In this document: positions 32,690-44,495 of the stretch, piece by piece | Layout of the letters: every line of letters begins with the position of its first letter | Numbering within the stretch: the first letter of the stretch is position 1 | DNA from: Pseudomonas sp. | GTDB lineage: Bacteria; Pseudomonadota; Gammaproteobacteria; Pseudomonadales; Pseudomonadaceae | Reading direction: 5' to 3' | NCBI GenBank assembly: GCA_033852045.1 | Contig: JAWSVF010000008.1 | Coordinates: 77,390-141,389, forward strand | DNA: 64,000 nt | The notes under the pieces: generated by a model | Told to the model about the DNA's origin: nothing | Databases searched by the model: none | Seen by the model: the letters and a program-made list of their open reading frames with translations, nothing else | Made by a program: the position numbers and the translations under genes

Positions 32690-34360
32690 ATGAGCATGCT
32701 CAAAGATCCGTCCAGCAAATATCGTGCATTCGAGCCGGTAGACATTCCCGATCGCCAATGGCCATCGCGGTCGCTCACCGAAGTGCCAATCTGGTGCAGC
32801 TCCGACCTGCGTGACGGTAATCAATCGCTGATCGAGCCCATGGACCCTGCGCGCAAGCTCAAATTCTTCCAGACCCTGGTCAAGGTTGGCGTCAAGCAGA
32901 TCGAAGTGGCTTTTCCGTCTGCCTCCAAAGCCGACTTCGATTTTGTACGCAGCCTGATCGACGAAGGCCACATTCCCGATGACGTTACTATTCAGGTACT
33001 CACCCAGGCCCGGGAAGACCTGATCAAACGTACATTCGAATCCGTCCGCGGCGCCAAGAAAGCAATTGTTCACGTTTACAACGCCACGGCGCCCAGCTTC
33101 CGCAAGATCGTCTTCAATCAGGATAAACAGGGCGTAGTCGATATTGCTGTCAACGCCGCTACCTTGATTAAGCAGCTCGCCGCAGAGCAGCCAGAGACCC
33201 AGTGGACCTTCCAGTACTCACCGGAGATTTTCACCTCGACCGAACTGGAGTTCGCCGTTGAAGTCTGTGATGCCGTGCTCGACGTATGGCAGCCGACACC
33301 CGATAACAAGGTCATTCTGAACCTGCCGGCAACGGTCGAGATTGCCACGCCCAATCATTACGCCGATCAGATCGAATGGTTTGGTCGTCACATCAGCCGG
33401 CGCGAAAGCGTGCTGATCAGCCTGCATACGCACAATGACCGGGGCACCGGTGTAGCTGCCACCGAACTCGGTCTTCTCGCTGGTGCCGACCGTGTCGAGG
33501 GCTGCCTGTTCGGTAATGGGGAGCGTACCGGCAATGTCGATCTGGTTACTCTGGCACTCAATTTCTATACCCAGGGCATCCACCCGCAACTGGATTTTTC
33601 CGACATTGATGCTGTGCGCAAGGTTGTTGAAGAATGCAACCAGCTCTCGGTACACCCAAGGCATCCCTATGTAGGTGACCTGGTCCATACTGCCTTCTCC
33701 GGCTCGCACCAGGACGCCATCCGCAAGGGTTTTGCCCAACGCAAACCCGACGCTGTGTGGGAAGTGCCCTATCTGCCCATCGATCCAGAGGACATCGGCC
33801 GCAGTTACGACGCGGTCATTCGAGTCAATAGCCAGTCAGGTAAAGGAGGTATCAGCTACTTGCTCGAACAGGGTTATGGCATCAGCCTGCCTCGTCGCAT
33901 GCAAATTGAATTCAGCCAGGTTGTGCAGGGCGAGACTGACCGCCTCGGCCTCGAAATGAGCGGCGCACAAATTCATGAGCTCCTGGATCGTGAATATGTC
34001 CAGGCAACCAGCCCCTATGCCTTGATCCGGCATAGACTGCAGGAAGAAAACGGTACCAGCGCGGTTGACGTTGAGGTTCTGAACCAGGGCGACACACTGC
34101 ATTGGCGTGGCCTGGGCAAGGGGCCCCTTGAGGCACTTGTAGCGGGCTTACCCGTATCAGTCGAGATAATGGATTATCACGAGCATTCGATTGGCTCGGG
34201 CACCAACGCCAAAGCAGCCGCCTATGTTGAAATCCGCCTGGACAACGGTCGCCCCTTGCACGGCATCGGGATCGACGAAAACCTCACCACGGCCAGCTTC
34301 CGCGCTTTGTTCAGCGCCCTGAACCGCGCCCTTCGTCAGGCCGAGGCGCAAGCCGCCTGA
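32690..34360 (+). CDS. leuA: 2-isopropylmalate synthase (long LeuA type)
   Basis: 556 aa with [13 protein letters not shown], the HTHNDRGTG motif and a C-terminal regulatory domain. Confidence 0.9.
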   Translation: MSMLKDPSSKYRAFEPVDIPDRQWPSRSLTEVPIWCSSDLRDGNQSLIEPMDPARKLKFFQTLVKVGVKQIEVAFPSASKADFDFVRSLIDEGHIPDDVTIQVLTQAREDLIKRTFESVRGAKKAIVHVYNATAPSFRKIVFNQDKQGVVDIAVNAATLIKQLAAEQPETQWTFQYSPEIFTSTELEFAVEVCDAVLDVWQPTPDNKVILNLPATVEIATPNHYADQIEWFGRHISRRESVLISLHTHNDRGTGVAATELGLLAGADRVEGCLFGNGERTGNVDLVTLALNFYTQGIHPQLDFSDIDAVRKVVEECNQLSVHPRHPYVGDLVHTAFSGSHQDAIRKGFAQRKPDAVWEVPYLPIDPEDIGRSYDAVIRVNSQSGKGGISYLLEQGYGISLPRRMQIEFSQVVQGETDRLGLEMSGAQIHELLDREYVQATSPYALIRHRLQEENGTSAVDVEVLNQGDTLHWRGLGKGPLEALVAGLPVSVEIMDYHEHSIGSGTNAKAAAYVEIRLDNGRPLHGIGIDENLTTASFRALFSALNRALRQAEAQAA

Positions 34361-34376
34361 GTATCAACGGATAACA

Positions 34377-34410
34377 ACGCGCCGAGCCCAGCGTCCGGCG
34401 CGTGTTCTTT
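34377..34410 (+). terminator. Terminator hairpin after leuA
   Basis: The stem ACGCGCCG (34377-34384) pairs with CGGCGCGT (34396-34403), followed by GTTCTTT. Confidence 0.5.
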
Positions 34411-34536
34411 CAATAAATTCGATTCACTGCCCTGACACATCTGGTTAAATCCGTTGCGCTTGTCAAAAGAAATGTCGCCCCCATAATACTGGCACTTTCT
34501 GCTCTCTCTGATGCAGGCAACAAGGAGTCGTACCAG

Positions 34537-35652
34537 ATGTCTCGATCCCCTCTTCTCACGCCCATTCGCCTGGGTAGCCTCGACCTGCCCAACCGGGTAA
34601 TCATGGCACCGCTGACCCGTCAGCGCAGCAAACAGCCCGGCAACCTACCCTACGAGCTTAACGCGACCTATTATCGCCAGCGAGCGAACGCGGGCCTGAT
34701 CATCAGCGAAGCTGTACAGATCAGCCCAGAAGGTCAGGGCTACGCCTGGACTCCTGGCATTCACAGCGTAGAGCAGATTGCCGGCTGGAAGCAGATCACC
34801 CAGGCGGTACATGAGGCTGATGGCCGGATGTTCCTCCAGCTTTGGCATGTCGGCCGTATCTCTCACCCATTACTGCAGCCAGAGGGTGCCGATCCAGTTG
34901 CACCCTCGGCTATCCAGGCCAAAGCCGAGTGCTACGTACAGGAAGCCGACGGCAGCCATCACAAGGCACCAACCGCGATGCCTCGCGCACTGGAAACCGA
35001 AGAGCTTCCGCGGATCGTTGCTGATTATTCCAAAGCAACGCACAACGCGCTGGATGCCGACTTTGATGGCGTGGAAGTACATGCGGCAAATGGCTATCTG
35101 CTCGACCAGTTTCTCTGCTCCAACAGCAACCAGCGCACTGACAACTACGGTGGGAGCCTCGAAAACCGGGTGCGCCTGGTGCTTGAAGTTGTCGACGCGG
35201 TTATTGCCGCCACAGGTGACAGCGGTCGAGTCGGCATCCGTATTTCCCCCATGGGCACATTCAATGGCGTGGACGATGCGGACCCCAGGGAAACGTTCAC
35301 TCACCTCCTACGTGAGCTCAACACACGCAATCTGGCCTACTTGCATGTCAACCGACCTGACTGGATCGGCGGCGTTTATGAGGGCTTCGACGCACTTCTC
35401 GAAACCCTGCGCGAGCTGTATGACGGGCGCCTGATTCTGGCTGGCGGCATGAACGCGGAGTCTGGTGCCCAAGCTGTTGAAGACGGTCTGGCTGATGTAG
35501 TGGCCTTCGGACGTCCCTACATTGCCAATCCCGACCTGGTGCAGCGTATCAAGGCTCGCGCCCCCTGGAACGACATCAATCCGGCGACTCTCTACGGTGG
35601 TGCAGAAGTGGGCTATACCGACTATCCAACCATGGACCAGTCTGACTCCTGA
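34537..35652 (+). CDS. Old Yellow Enzyme family NADH:flavin oxidoreductase (N-ethylmaleimide/alkene reductase)
   Basis: 371 aa with the OYE motifs LPNRVIMAPLTR, LWHVGR, GVEVHAANGYLLDQF and FGRPYIANPDL. Confidence 0.9.
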   Translation: MSRSPLLTPIRLGSLDLPNRVIMAPLTRQRSKQPGNLPYELNATYYRQRANAGLIISEAVQISPEGQGYAWTPGIHSVEQIAGWKQITQAVHEADGRMFLQLWHVGRISHPLLQPEGADPVAPSAIQAKAECYVQEADGSHHKAPTAMPRALETEELPRIVADYSKATHNALDADFDGVEVHAANGYLLDQFLCSNSNQRTDNYGGSLENRVRLVLEVVDAVIAATGDSGRVGIRISPMGTFNGVDDADPRETFTHLLRELNTRNLAYLHVNRPDWIGGVYEGFDALLETLRELYDGRLILAGGMNAESGAQAVEDGLADVVAFGRPYIANPDLVQRIKARAPWNDINPATLYGGAEVGYTDYPTMDQSDS

Positions 35653-35663
35653 TTAGCGCCCAC

Positions 35664-35694
35664 AAAAAACCCGGCTTTCAAGCCGGGTTTTTTG
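35664..35694. terminator. Bidirectional rho-independent terminator between the OYE gene and der
   Basis: AAAAAACCCGGCT-TTCA-AGCCGGGTTTTTT lies between convergent genes. Confidence 0.8.
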
Positions 35695-35724
35695 TGCACC
35701 AAGACGCCAGCAACAGCCATCGGC

Positions 35725-37179
35725 TTATCGCTTCTTGTCCTTGCGCTTTTTCTCTTCCTTCTTGTGATGACTCATCAGTCGGCGCTTCTTGTTCACCTGG
35801 CGATCAGTCAACCCGGTCTTGCGATCAGCAAAGGGGTTCTCGCCGCCCTTATATTCGACCCTGATTGGCGTGCCCGCCATTCCCAGCACCTTGCGGAAGG
35901 TATTCTCCAGGTACTTGGTGTAAGACTGGGGTACGTTATCCACCTGATTGCCGTGAATAATGATGATCGGTGGATTGGAACCGCCCAGGTGAGCGTAGCG
36001 CAGCTTTATGCGGCGACTGTTGACGACCGGCGGCTGGTGATTGGCCACGGCGTCTTCAAGTATCTGGGTCATGCGGTTGGTCGGCACTTTGGTCATCGCG
36101 CTTGCGAAGGCCTTGTCGACTGACTTGTAGAGAAGGCCCACACCACTGCCATGCAATGCCGAGATAAAATGCAGATCGGCAAACTGGGCGAAGATCAGAC
36201 GGCGCTGCAATTCGATTTTGACGTATTCCTTCTCCCGCTCATCCATGCCGTCCCATTTGTTCACGGCAATAACGAGAGCTCGTCCAGCATCCAGCACGAA
36301 GCCCAACAGGTGCAAATCCTGCTCCACAACACCCTCACGGGCATCAATGACAAAGATGACGACGTTGGAATCCTCGATCGCCTGCAACGCCTTGATTACC
36401 GAAAACTTCTCGACCGCTTCCGAGACCCTGCCGCGCTTGCGCACACCCGCAGTATCGATCAGCGTGTATGGTTTTTCATAACGTTCGTAGGGAATATAGA
36501 TGGTGTCACGGGTGGTACCCGCCTGGTCGAATACCACCACCCGGTCCTCCCCGAGCATCCGGTTGACCAGGGTCGACTTCCCCACATTGGGACGACCAAT
36601 GACCGCAATCTTGGTACCAATCGCTTCTACAATACGCGGAGCCTTACCCTCTTCCCCTTCGGCCAGTGGCTCCTGGGTCAGACTGCCGATGCCGTTTTCA
36701 CCAAACACCAGCTCAAGCATCGGATTGATGTTGCGGCCATGGGCTGCGGCAATCCCGATCGGCGAACCCAGACCAAGCTTGGAAAACTCGCCCTGGATTG
36801 AATCCTGGTCGGCACCGTCTATCTTGTTGGCGATCAGATAGGTGTGTTTATTGCGCTTGCGCAGATGCTGGGCAATCAGCTCGTCGGCAGCGGTTCTTCC
36901 GGCTCTTGAATCGACCAGGAACAGCACTGCGTCGGCCTCTTCGATCGCCTGCAGGGACTGGCCAGCCATGACCGTGTCTATACCCTGTTCGTCGCCACTG
37001 ATACCACCCGTATCTACCAGGATGTAGCGCTTGCCCTGCCAGGTTGCCTCGCCATACTGACGATCACGGGTCAGACCCGCAACATCGGCAACGATAGCGT
37101 CACGACTCTTGGTCAGACGATTGAATAACGTGGACTTGCCGACATTGGGCCGCCCCACGAGGGCGATTACAGGAACCAT
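35725..37179 (-). CDS. der: Ribosome-associated GTPase Der (EngA)
   Basis: It has two tandem G domains (GRPNVGKST twice), a KH-like C-terminus and a Lys-rich tail. The start is trimmed to MVPVIALVG. Confidence 0.95.
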   Translation of the reverse strand: MVPVIALVGRPNVGKSTLFNRLTKSRDAIVADVAGLTRDRQYGEATWQGKRYILVDTGGISGDEQGIDTVMAGQSLQAIEEADAVLFLVDSRAGRTAADELIAQHLRKRNKHTYLIANKIDGADQDSIQGEFSKLGLGSPIGIAAAHGRNINPMLELVFGENGIGSLTQEPLAEGEEGKAPRIVEAIGTKIAVIGRPNVGKSTLVNRMLGEDRVVVFDQAGTTRDTIYIPYERYEKPYTLIDTAGVRKRGRVSEAVEKFSVIKALQAIEDSNVVIFVIDAREGVVEQDLHLLGFVLDAGRALVIAVNKWDGMDEREKEYVKIELQRRLIFAQFADLHFISALHGSGVGLLYKSVDKAFASAMTKVPTNRMTQILEDAVANHQPPVVNSRRIKLRYAHLGGSNPPIIIIHGNQVDNVPQSYTKYLENTFRKVLGMAGTPIRVEYKGGENPFADRKTGLTDRQVNKKRRLMSHHKKEEKKRKDKKR

Positions 37180-37210
37180 GAATACTCCGCGCACGGACTA
37201 CCGTGCAATA

Positions 37211-37251
37211 AACGAAAACGGCCGCTGCGCCATTTCAGGGGGCAGCGGCCG
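37211..37251 (-). terminator. Terminator hairpin after bamB (minus strand)
   Basis: The stem CGGCCGCTGC pairs with GCAGCGGCCG. On the minus strand it is followed by TTTTCGTTT. Confidence 0.55.
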
Positions 37252-37274
37252 GGAAAGTATAGCTTCATTTGGAA

Positions 37275-38420
37275 CTAGGGAAGCGTGAGCGCCACCAGAT
37301 CACCACTATTGCCGTACACATAGAGGGTATTGCCCAGCACGATGGCCGGCGCACGAACGCCAGCGCCATCTACCCGTACCCGGCCGACCATCCGGCCATC
37401 GGTCTGGGCCAGCAAATGCACATAGCCGTCAAAATCGGCTACTGCGATATAGCTGCTGAACGCTACCGGTGCCGTCAGGCTGCGGCGCATAAGGCTATCA
37501 TTAACCCAAAGAGATTCACCGCGCGAACGATCCAGTGCTTCAATCCGGCCATCAGCGTGGCTTACATAAACGCTACCGAAACCTTCACCAGCCCCAACCA
37601 GGCTTGACGCCTCTTTCTGCCAGCGAACAGTGCCTGTATTCACATCAACAGCTGCAAGTGCGCCCTGGTAACTGGTGACATACAGCGTTTCGTCAACCAG
37701 CAACAGCAGTCCGTCAACATCGACCATCCGCTCCAGCTCGGTACGGCCCTGGGGCTGAGCAACCCTCGCCTCCATGATCGGCAAACCGGAATCAGCCGCC
37801 AGACCAACAACGCGTCCGCTGGACAAACCAGCAAAAACCCGACCGCGCGAGATCAAAGGAGTACTGTGCCCCCGCAGGGTCAGTACCGGAACGCTGGACT
37901 CATAGACCCAGCGCTGACTGCCATCACTGATATCCAGAGCGGTAATCTTGTCATCCAGGGTCTGCACCACGACGACATCACCGTTGGTCTGCGGCGGCGC
38001 GAGAACCTCGCTCGACACCCGTGCACGCCACATTTCCGAACCGTCTTCTTCATCAAGAACGATAACATCACCGTCCAGTGTGCCGACCATGATCCGCCCG
38101 CCACCGGTACCGACGGCACCCGAAACGCGCTCGTCGAGCTTGACCTGCCACTTCACATCGCCGGTATCCCGATCCATTGCAACTACCCGACCCTTGGCGT
38201 CAGCTGCATAAAGTGTCAAACCATCAAGCGACGGCATCAGCTGGTTATACAGCTTGCCCTGGCCAGCCCCGATGTTCCGCTTCCAGTTACGCTCAAGCTC
38301 CACTTCAGCGGTGAAATCCTGCAACTCTGCCGGAGCGAGCTCTTTCTTGCCGGAACCACTGCAACCTGCAAACAGCACGGCTGCCATGGTGATAGCCAAA
38401 TACGGGAACTTCAGGTTCAC
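37275..38420 (-). CDS. bamB: Outer membrane protein assembly factor BamB
   Basis: 381 aa with a lipobox (LFAGCSG) and a PQQ-like beta-propeller repeat pattern. It has a GTG start. The position between yfgM and der is conserved. Confidence 0.9.
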   Translation of the reverse strand: MNLKFPYLAITMAAVLFAGCSGSGKKELAPAELQDFTAEVELERNWKRNIGAGQGKLYNQLMPSLDGLTLYAADAKGRVVAMDRDTGDVKWQVKLDERVSGAVGTGGGRIMVGTLDGDVIVLDEEDGSEMWRARVSSEVLAPPQTNGDVVVVQTLDDKITALDISDGSQRWVYESSVPVLTLRGHSTPLISRGRVFAGLSSGRVVGLAADSGLPIMEARVAQPQGRTELERMVDVDGLLLLVDETLYVTSYQGALAAVDVNTGTVRWQKEASSLVGAGEGFGSVYVSHADGRIEALDRSRGESLWVNDSLMRRSLTAPVAFSSYIAVADFDGYVHLLAQTDGRMVGRVRVDGAGVRAPAIVLGNTLYVYGNSGDLVALTLP

Positions 38421-39061
38421 TAGACTTCCTCCGCCAGATCATTGAGCTTCAACTGTAATTGCGGGCGTGCCTGGGGATCTTCAAGCGCTGCCAGTGCAGC
38501 CTGATAGGCAGTGCGGGCATCGGCTTCGCGGCCAAGCTCCAGCAACAAGTCACCTCGAACCTCTTCCCGGCTTGCCAACAGCGCACCGGACACTTCACCG
38601 GTCAGCAGCTCAAGCGCCTCTTCGGCGCGATCCTGTGCGGCCAATACACGGGCCAGACGTTGACGGGCAACCTCTTCCATTACCGGGTCACCTGCATCGC
38701 CAACAACCTCGTTCAGCAGGGCTTCAGCCGCAGGCAGATCTTCTGCCTCTACTGCCAGGCGCGCCTGCATCAATGCCGCAAACTGCGCGTAGCGCGTGCC
38801 GCTGTACTCTTCACGAATCTGCTCGGCGAGTTCTGCACCGCGAGCACGGTCCTCGGTACCTCCATCCCCCAATACTGATTCCAGCATGGACTGATAGAGC
38901 GCCGAAGCGTTGGCTGCCTTGTTGTCCTGGTAGTTACCCCAGCCCTGCCAGCCGAATACGCCAGCCAGGGCAATCACGACACCAGTAAGCAGAGGAACGC
39001 CGTGCTTTTTCCACAGTTCCTTGATCTTCTCTACCTGTTCTTCTTCTGTCTCGTACGTCAC
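38420..39061 (-). CDS. YfgM-like TPR membrane protein (ancillary SecYEG-associated)
   Basis: The GTG start at 39061 has the Shine-Dalgarno sequence AAGGAG and gives (M)TYETEEEQVEKIKELWKKHG plus a TM, the typical YfgM N-terminus. The longer ORF would overlap hisS. Confidence 0.7.
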   Translation of the reverse strand: MTYETEEEQVEKIKELWKKHGVPLLTGVVIALAGVFGWQGWGNYQDNKAANASALYQSMLESVLGDGGTEDRARGAELAEQIREEYSGTRYAQFAALMQARLAVEAEDLPAAEALLNEVVGDAGDPVMEEVARQRLARVLAAQDRAEEALELLTGEVSGALLASREEVRGDLLLELGREADARTAYQAALAALEDPQARPQLQLKLNDLAEEV

Positions 39062-39098
39062 CCCAGACTCCTTGCCTGAACTAAGCGGCTTCTTCCGC

Positions 39099-40376
39099 TT
39101 ATAATAATTGTTGAAGACGCGCCGGCAGCTCGTGCCAGGCAATATTTTCCTGCTGCGCATCGCTGCGTAGCGGTTTGATTCCGATCTGTTCTGCCGCCGC
39201 CTCGTCTTCACCCAGAATCAGCGCAAAGAGTGCCCCGGACTTGTCGGCCTTCTTGAACTGGCTCTTGAAGCTTCCGCCGCCACAATGCACCACCAGACGA
39301 ACACCCGGCAAAGCGTCACGCAGCTGCTCAGCAAGTCTGAAACTGGCTACCGCAGCCGCCTCGCCAAGCGTAACGAAGTAAACATCCACCTGACGCGCCA
39401 GCGCACTCGGGACAAGATCCAGTGTCTGAATCAGGAGCAGCAAACGCTCAATACCCATGGCAAAACCGACAGCCGAAGCCGGCTTGCCACCCAACTGCTC
39501 GACCAGACCATCATAGCGACCACCCGCGCAGACTGTACCCTGAGCGCCCAGCTTGTCAGTCACCCATTCGAACACTGTCAGCCCGTAATAGTCCAGCCCG
39601 CGAACCAGTCGCGGATTAATAACATAGGGCACGCCAGCGGCATCAAGTAATGCACGTAGCCCTTCGAAGTGCAGGCGAGCCTCTGCATTCAGAAAGTCGG
39701 CCAGGCGAGGCGCATCGGCCAACAGGGCCTGGGTATCGGGATTCTTGCTATCGAGCACCCGCAGCGGGTTGCTCTCCAGACGACGCTGACTGTCTTCATC
39801 AAGCTGATCGAAACGCTCACGCAGGTAAGCCACCAGCTCATCGCGGTAACGTGCGCGATCCTCGCTGCTCCCCAGGCTGTTGAGTTCAAGCGTAACCGCG
39901 TCCTGCAAGCCCAGCTGCTTCCACAGCCGCCAACTCAACAGGATCAGTTCTGCATCAATATCCGGCCCGGCGATATTGAAGGTTTCCACGCCAATCTGAT
40001 TGAACTGACGATACCGTCCCTTCTGCGGTCGCTCATGACGAAACATCGGACCTGCGTACCAGACCTTCTGGCTTACTCCGCCACCCAACAGACCGTGCTC
40101 GAGCATGGCACGCACACAGCCCGCCGTCCCCTCGGGACGCAAGGTCAGCGAATCGCCGTTGCGATCAGCAAAGGTGTACATCTCTTTCTCGACAATATCG
40201 GTCACTTCGCCGATGGAACGCTTGAACAGCTCCGTAGGCTCGACAATCGGCATACGCACCTGCTGGTAGCCATAGCCACTTAGCAGATCCGCCACAGTTC
40301 TTTCGAAGTATTGCCATAGGGCGCTGTCGGCGGGCAGAACGTCGTTCATGCCGCGCACGGCTTGCAGGGTCTTCAA
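39099..40376 (-). CDS. hisS: Histidine--tRNA ligase
   Basis: 425 aa with class II motifs ([26 protein letters not shown]). Confidence 0.95.
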   Translation of the reverse strand: MKTLQAVRGMNDVLPADSALWQYFERTVADLLSGYGYQQVRMPIVEPTELFKRSIGEVTDIVEKEMYTFADRNGDSLTLRPEGTAGCVRAMLEHGLLGGGVSQKVWYAGPMFRHERPQKGRYRQFNQIGVETFNIAGPDIDAELILLSWRLWKQLGLQDAVTLELNSLGSSEDRARYRDELVAYLRERFDQLDEDSQRRLESNPLRVLDSKNPDTQALLADAPRLADFLNAEARLHFEGLRALLDAAGVPYVINPRLVRGLDYYGLTVFEWVTDKLGAQGTVCAGGRYDGLVEQLGGKPASAVGFAMGIERLLLLIQTLDLVPSALARQVDVYFVTLGEAAAVASFRLAEQLRDALPGVRLVVHCGGGSFKSQFKKADKSGALFALILGEDEAAAEQIGIKPLRSDAQQENIAWHELPARLQQLL

Positions 40377-40391
40377 TGCATCTTTCCTTAA

Positions 40392-41504
40392 TCAGCCACG
40401 GGCGATGGTGTTGGCTTCCAGCGCCTGTTTGGCGGCAATCTTGTCTCGTATGAGCTTTTCCAGCGTATCAACCAGATTAACGTTATCGACCTTCTGATTC
40501 GGGGTGCCGCCAACGTAGATCAGATTGTTGGGTGAGCCGCCTGTAAGACCAATATCAGCTTCTTTTGCTTCGCCCGGTCCGTTAACCACGCAACCAATCA
40601 CCGCTACGTCCAAAGGCACGACAACATCCTCCAGGCGCGCTTCAAGTTCGTTCATGGTCTTGATCACATCGAAATTTTGCCGAGAGCAGCTTGGGCAAGC
40701 GACGAAATTGATGCCCCGCGAGCGCAGGCGCAAGGATTTGAGCAGGTCGTAACCTACCTTGATCTCTTCCACCGGATCAGCGGCCAGGGAAATACGAATG
40801 GTATCCCCGATGCCCTCAGCGAGCAGCATGCCCAGGCCAACGGCTGACTTGACCGTTCCCGAACGCAACGCTCCGGCTTCGGTTATACCCAAATGCAAAG
40901 GTTGATCGATCTGGGCCGCCAGCAGCCGGTAGGCGCCCACGGCCATAAACACATCGGAGGCCTTCACGCTGACTTTGAAGTCCTGAAAGTCGAGCTTGTC
41001 GAGATACTCGACATGGCGTAATGCTGACTCCACCAAGGCCTCAGGCGTAGGCTCACCGTATTTTTTCTGTAGGTCTTTTTCCAACGAACCCGCGTTTACA
41101 CCGATACGAATCGGAATGCCGTTGTGACGCGCTGCATCAACAACTGCACGTACCCTGTCTTCGCGCCCGATATTACCCGGATTGATCCGCAGGCAGTCCA
41201 CGCCCAGCTCGGCAACTCGCAGAGCAATCTTGTAGTCAAAGTGAATATCGGCAACGAGCGGCATGGCAGTTTGCTTGCGAATTTCGCCAAAGGCCTCCGC
41301 AGCCTCCATACTCGGCACCGACACTCTTACAATGTCTGCACCCACTGCTTCCAACTGCCTGATCTGAGCAACCGTGGCGGCCACATCACAGGTCTCGGTA
41401 TTGGTCATGCTCTGAACAGAAATAGGCGCATCGCCGCCGACCAGTACCGATCCGACACGAATCTGGCGCGACACTCTACGTTTGATGGGGGATTGGTGAT
41501 GCAT
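40392..41504 (-). CDS. ispG: 4-hydroxy-3-methylbut-2-en-1-yl diphosphate synthase
   Basis: 370 aa with typical IspG sequence ([30 protein letters not shown]). Confidence 0.95.
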   Translation of the reverse strand: MHHQSPIKRRVSRQIRVGSVLVGGDAPISVQSMTNTETCDVAATVAQIRQLEAVGADIVRVSVPSMEAAEAFGEIRKQTAMPLVADIHFDYKIALRVAELGVDCLRINPGNIGREDRVRAVVDAARHNGIPIRIGVNAGSLEKDLQKKYGEPTPEALVESALRHVEYLDKLDFQDFKVSVKASDVFMAVGAYRLLAAQIDQPLHLGITEAGALRSGTVKSAVGLGMLLAEGIGDTIRISLAADPVEEIKVGYDLLKSLRLRSRGINFVACPSCSRQNFDVIKTMNELEARLEDVVVPLDVAVIGCVVNGPGEAKEADIGLTGGSPNNLIYVGGTPNQKVDNVNLVDTLEKLIRDKIAAKQALEANTIARG

Positions 41505-41516
41505 CGCGTTGCTCCT

Positions 41517-42521
41517 TCAGCCCAACCGCAGGCGTACCACGCCTGACTCGCGGACGCTTTGCGTGTTCACTGGCTCGCCATTGAAGGCAATAGTCGAAAC
41601 CGCCTCAACAGCACCTATCACTACATCGATAGGCCCCTGATGATCGATCGACAGTGATTGACCTGACTGCATCAAGCTGCTGTGCAGAGATTCGCCACCG
41701 GGGGTCGTCACCTGTACCCAGCAGTCGCCACTGAACTGCATCCGCAAACCTCTGCCTGTCGTTGATGGCTGCTCTACAGTCTCCACAACGGCCTCCTGCT
41801 CGACAACGGCAGCGCGCTCAGGCTGTTCAACTGCTGCCTGCGGCTCCGCATCGCCGGTCGCTGAACCCTCCTCGGAGGATGCAGAATCGTCCTGTGCAGC
41901 TGGCTCCTGGGTATTTCCTTCAGCATCCACCACTGAAGATAGCGGGCCTGGCATCGCGATAGAGGCATCCTCGGACAACAATGGCTCCGAGGCAAAATCC
42001 TCGGGCAGCGCCATGGCGTCCACTTCAACTTCGTCAAGAACCTGGCTGGCAATATCGGACACATCATCAACAGATCGTGTCGGCTGGCTGTCGTACCACC
42101 ACAGCAGGATCGAAGCGACAATGGCCACCGCAACAATGACGGTTGTCCAGGTCACAAGCATGCCGCCTGCCTTGCCCGGTCTGGCCATCTTGTCGATGCC
42201 GCTGACCTGACGCTCACGCACCTCTATACCGCGGGACCTGTCGTATTCAAGCACCAGACGGTTCGCGTCCAGACCCAGCAAACGTGCATAACTGCGCACA
42301 TAGCCCCGTGCGAACGTATCACCGGGTAGCTGATCGAACCGTCCGGCTTCCAGGTGGACCAGTATTTTCTCTGGAAGCCGCAAACTGGTCGCAGCCTCTG
42401 CAGTACTCAGACCCTTGGCCTCGCGTGCTGCCTGCAACGTCGCGCCCGGATGGGCCATCCTTCCGTCATCGGGCCGAAATTCACCATTTGGCGGCATCGC
42501 ATCTCGCTGCTCTGTACTCAT
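41517..42521 (-). CDS. rodZ: Cytoskeleton protein RodZ
   Basis: It has an N-terminal HTH (GATLQAAREAKGLSTAEAATSLRL), a single TM, an acidic low-complexity linker and a C-terminal DUF4115-like domain. It lies between ispG and pilW. Confidence 0.8.
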   Translation of the reverse strand: MSTEQRDAMPPNGEFRPDDGRMAHPGATLQAAREAKGLSTAEAATSLRLPEKILVHLEAGRFDQLPGDTFARGYVRSYARLLGLDANRLVLEYDRSRGIEVRERQVSGIDKMARPGKAGGMLVTWTTVIVAVAIVASILLWWYDSQPTRSVDDVSDIASQVLDEVEVDAMALPEDFASEPLLSEDASIAMPGPLSSVVDAEGNTQEPAAQDDSASSEEGSATGDAEPQAAVEQPERAAVVEQEAVVETVEQPSTTGRGLRMQFSGDCWVQVTTPGGESLHSSLMQSGQSLSIDHQGPIDVVIGAVEAVSTIAFNGEPVNTQSVRESGVVRLRLG

Positions 42522-43282
42522 GATTGATCTGCTGCCTTCAATGCTTGCGCTTCCGGACTTGTGGGATACAGGCGGCGCAACTGCAGAGCGTAGCTTGCAG
42601 CGCGATTGTGATCTTCAAACCTACGTGCCAGCTGAATACCTAGCCAGAGGCTGGCTGCATTCTGCCCGGAAAACTGGGTGAAACTGCGATAGTAGTCCCA
42701 TGACGGGACGTAATTCTGTTGGGCGAACTCGATCTTTGCCATTTCCAGCAACGCAAGAGGTTGCCGGCTATTCAAGCGCAGCGCCCGTTCAAAGCTCGCC
42801 TTGGCTTCCTCCGGCTGATTCATCCGCTGATAAGTCAGACCGATGTTTTCAAAGACTCTGGAGCGCTCACCGTACAGGTTGTCCTGGGCGGCCTGCTGGA
42901 AGTAACCGAGCGCATCCTGATAACGCTCTTCACTGAGCAGAAAAACTCCGTAATTGTTCAATATTCGGGGATTGTCTGGCTCACTGGCCAGTGCATCCCG
43001 GTAATGCTTGTCCGCCGAGGTGGTTTCACCTTCCTGCTGGAACACCATCGCCAAAGCCAGGTGCGCCGCGGCCGAGCGAGGGTCGATTTTCAACGCTTCA
43101 CTCAGCGGCGCCTTCGCACTTTCAGTTTCGCCTTCACGCAGGTAGCCCAGGCCAAGCTGAATATAAGCATCACGCCCGGCATCCGGATCAGGCTTGTTTT
43201 TCTGCGGCTGATCACTGGTTGTTACGCACCCGCTGAGGGTGAAGGCTGTGAGCAATATTACCGCGATCATCAATCTGTTCAT
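42518..43282 (-). CDS. pilW: Type IV pilus biogenesis/stability TPR lipoprotein PilW (PilF in Pseudomonas nomenclature)
   Basis: It has a lipobox (TLSGC) and TPR repeats. It is in the conserved rlmN-pilW-rodZ order. The start is trimmed to MNRLMIAV. Confidence 0.75.
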   Translation of the reverse strand: MNRLMIAVILLTAFTLSGCVTTSDQPQKNKPDPDAGRDAYIQLGLGYLREGETESAKAPLSEALKIDPRSAAAHLALAMVFQQEGETTSADKHYRDALASEPDNPRILNNYGVFLLSEERYQDALGYFQQAAQDNLYGERSRVFENIGLTYQRMNQPEEAKASFERALRLNSRQPLALLEMAKIEFAQQNYVPSWDYYRSFTQFSGQNAASLWLGIQLARRFEDHNRAASYALQLRRLYPTSPEAQALKAADQS

Positions 43283-43307
43283 CACAATCGATCCTCGGTT
43301 GGATGGC

Positions 43308-44468
43308 TTACCGGTCCGCGTTGGAAGGCTGCGCAACAGGCGACCCGTCAACCGGCAATTCTCTAAGAGCGATGTAGCGTTCACTGCGCCGGGTACGATC
43401 CATGACCTGGCCAACCAGTTGACCGCAGGCGGCATCGATATCTTCACCCCGGGTCGTGCGCACGGTGACGTTGTAACCCGCCTTGTGCAGCATATCCTGA
43501 AAGCGGCGGATACTGTTGTTACTTGGCCGCTCGTACCCGGAATGGGGGAAAGGGTTGAACGGTATGAGATTGATCTTGCAAGGGGTTTCGCGCAGTAGCG
43601 CTATCATCTCTTCCGCGTGTTCTGGCTGGTCGTTGATATCCTTGAGCATGGTGTACTCAATAGTCAGCACCCGCTTTTCGCCAAGTCTGGCCATGTAACG
43701 ATTACAGGCAGGCAGCAAGACTTCCAGGGGATACTTCTTGTTCAACGGCACCAGTTGGTTACGAAGGGCGTTATTTGGCGCATGCAGCGAAAGCGCCAGT
43801 GCCACATCAGTCACTTCGCCTAACTTCTCGATCATCGGCACCACGCCGGAGGTCGACAAAGTAACCTTGCGTTTGGAGATCCCGTAACCCAGGTCATCCA
43901 TCATCAACAACATGGCATCAAGCACATTGTCGAAATTGAGTAGCGGCTCACCCATACCCATCATGACCACGTTGGTAATCGCGCGATCACTCTTGGCCGG
44001 GATACTGCCGAAGGACTTGTTGGCAATCCAGACCTGACCGATGATTTCGGCCACGCTCAGATCACTATTGAAACCTTGCTTGCCGGTAGAGCAGAAACTG
44101 CAGTCCAGCGCACAACCCGCCTGGGAAGACACGCACAGAGTGCCGCGTCCATTCTGGGGGATGTAGACAGTCTCCACGCAGCTGCCAGAGGCAACTCTTA
44201 CGACCCACTTGCGTGTACCGTCGGTGGAGATGTCTTCGCTGACGATTTCCGGCGGACGAATCTCGGCGCAGGCTGCGAGCTTCTCGCGCAGGGCCTTGCT
44301 GACATTCGTCATGTCGTCGAAATTATCAACACCCTGGTGATGAATCCACTTCATTATCTGTCCGGCACGGAAGCGCTTTTCCCCGAGGCTCTCGAAGAAG
44401 GCTTCCATTTTCGGCTGGGTCAGACCCAGCAGATTCACTTTGCCGTTGACATTGCTTGTGGCAGTCAC
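43308..44468 (-). CDS. rlmN: 23S rRNA/tRNA (adenine-C2)-methyltransferase RlmN (radical SAM)
   Basis: 386 aa with a radical-SAM CxxxCxxC motif ([10 protein letters not shown]) and typical RlmN flanking sequence. Confidence 0.95.
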   Translation of the reverse strand: MTATSNVNGKVNLLGLTQPKMEAFFESLGEKRFRAGQIMKWIHHQGVDNFDDMTNVSKALREKLAACAEIRPPEIVSEDISTDGTRKWVVRVASGSCVETVYIPQNGRGTLCVSSQAGCALDCSFCSTGKQGFNSDLSVAEIIGQVWIANKSFGSIPAKSDRAITNVVMMGMGEPLLNFDNVLDAMLLMMDDLGYGISKRKVTLSTSGVVPMIEKLGEVTDVALALSLHAPNNALRNQLVPLNKKYPLEVLLPACNRYMARLGEKRVLTIEYTMLKDINDQPEHAEEMIALLRETPCKINLIPFNPFPHSGYERPSNNSIRRFQDMLHKAGYNVTVRTTRGEDIDAACGQLVGQVMDRTRRSERYIALRELPVDGSPVAQPSNADR

Positions 44469-44495
44469 ATCATCACCCTGGTGTTGAAAATCATC

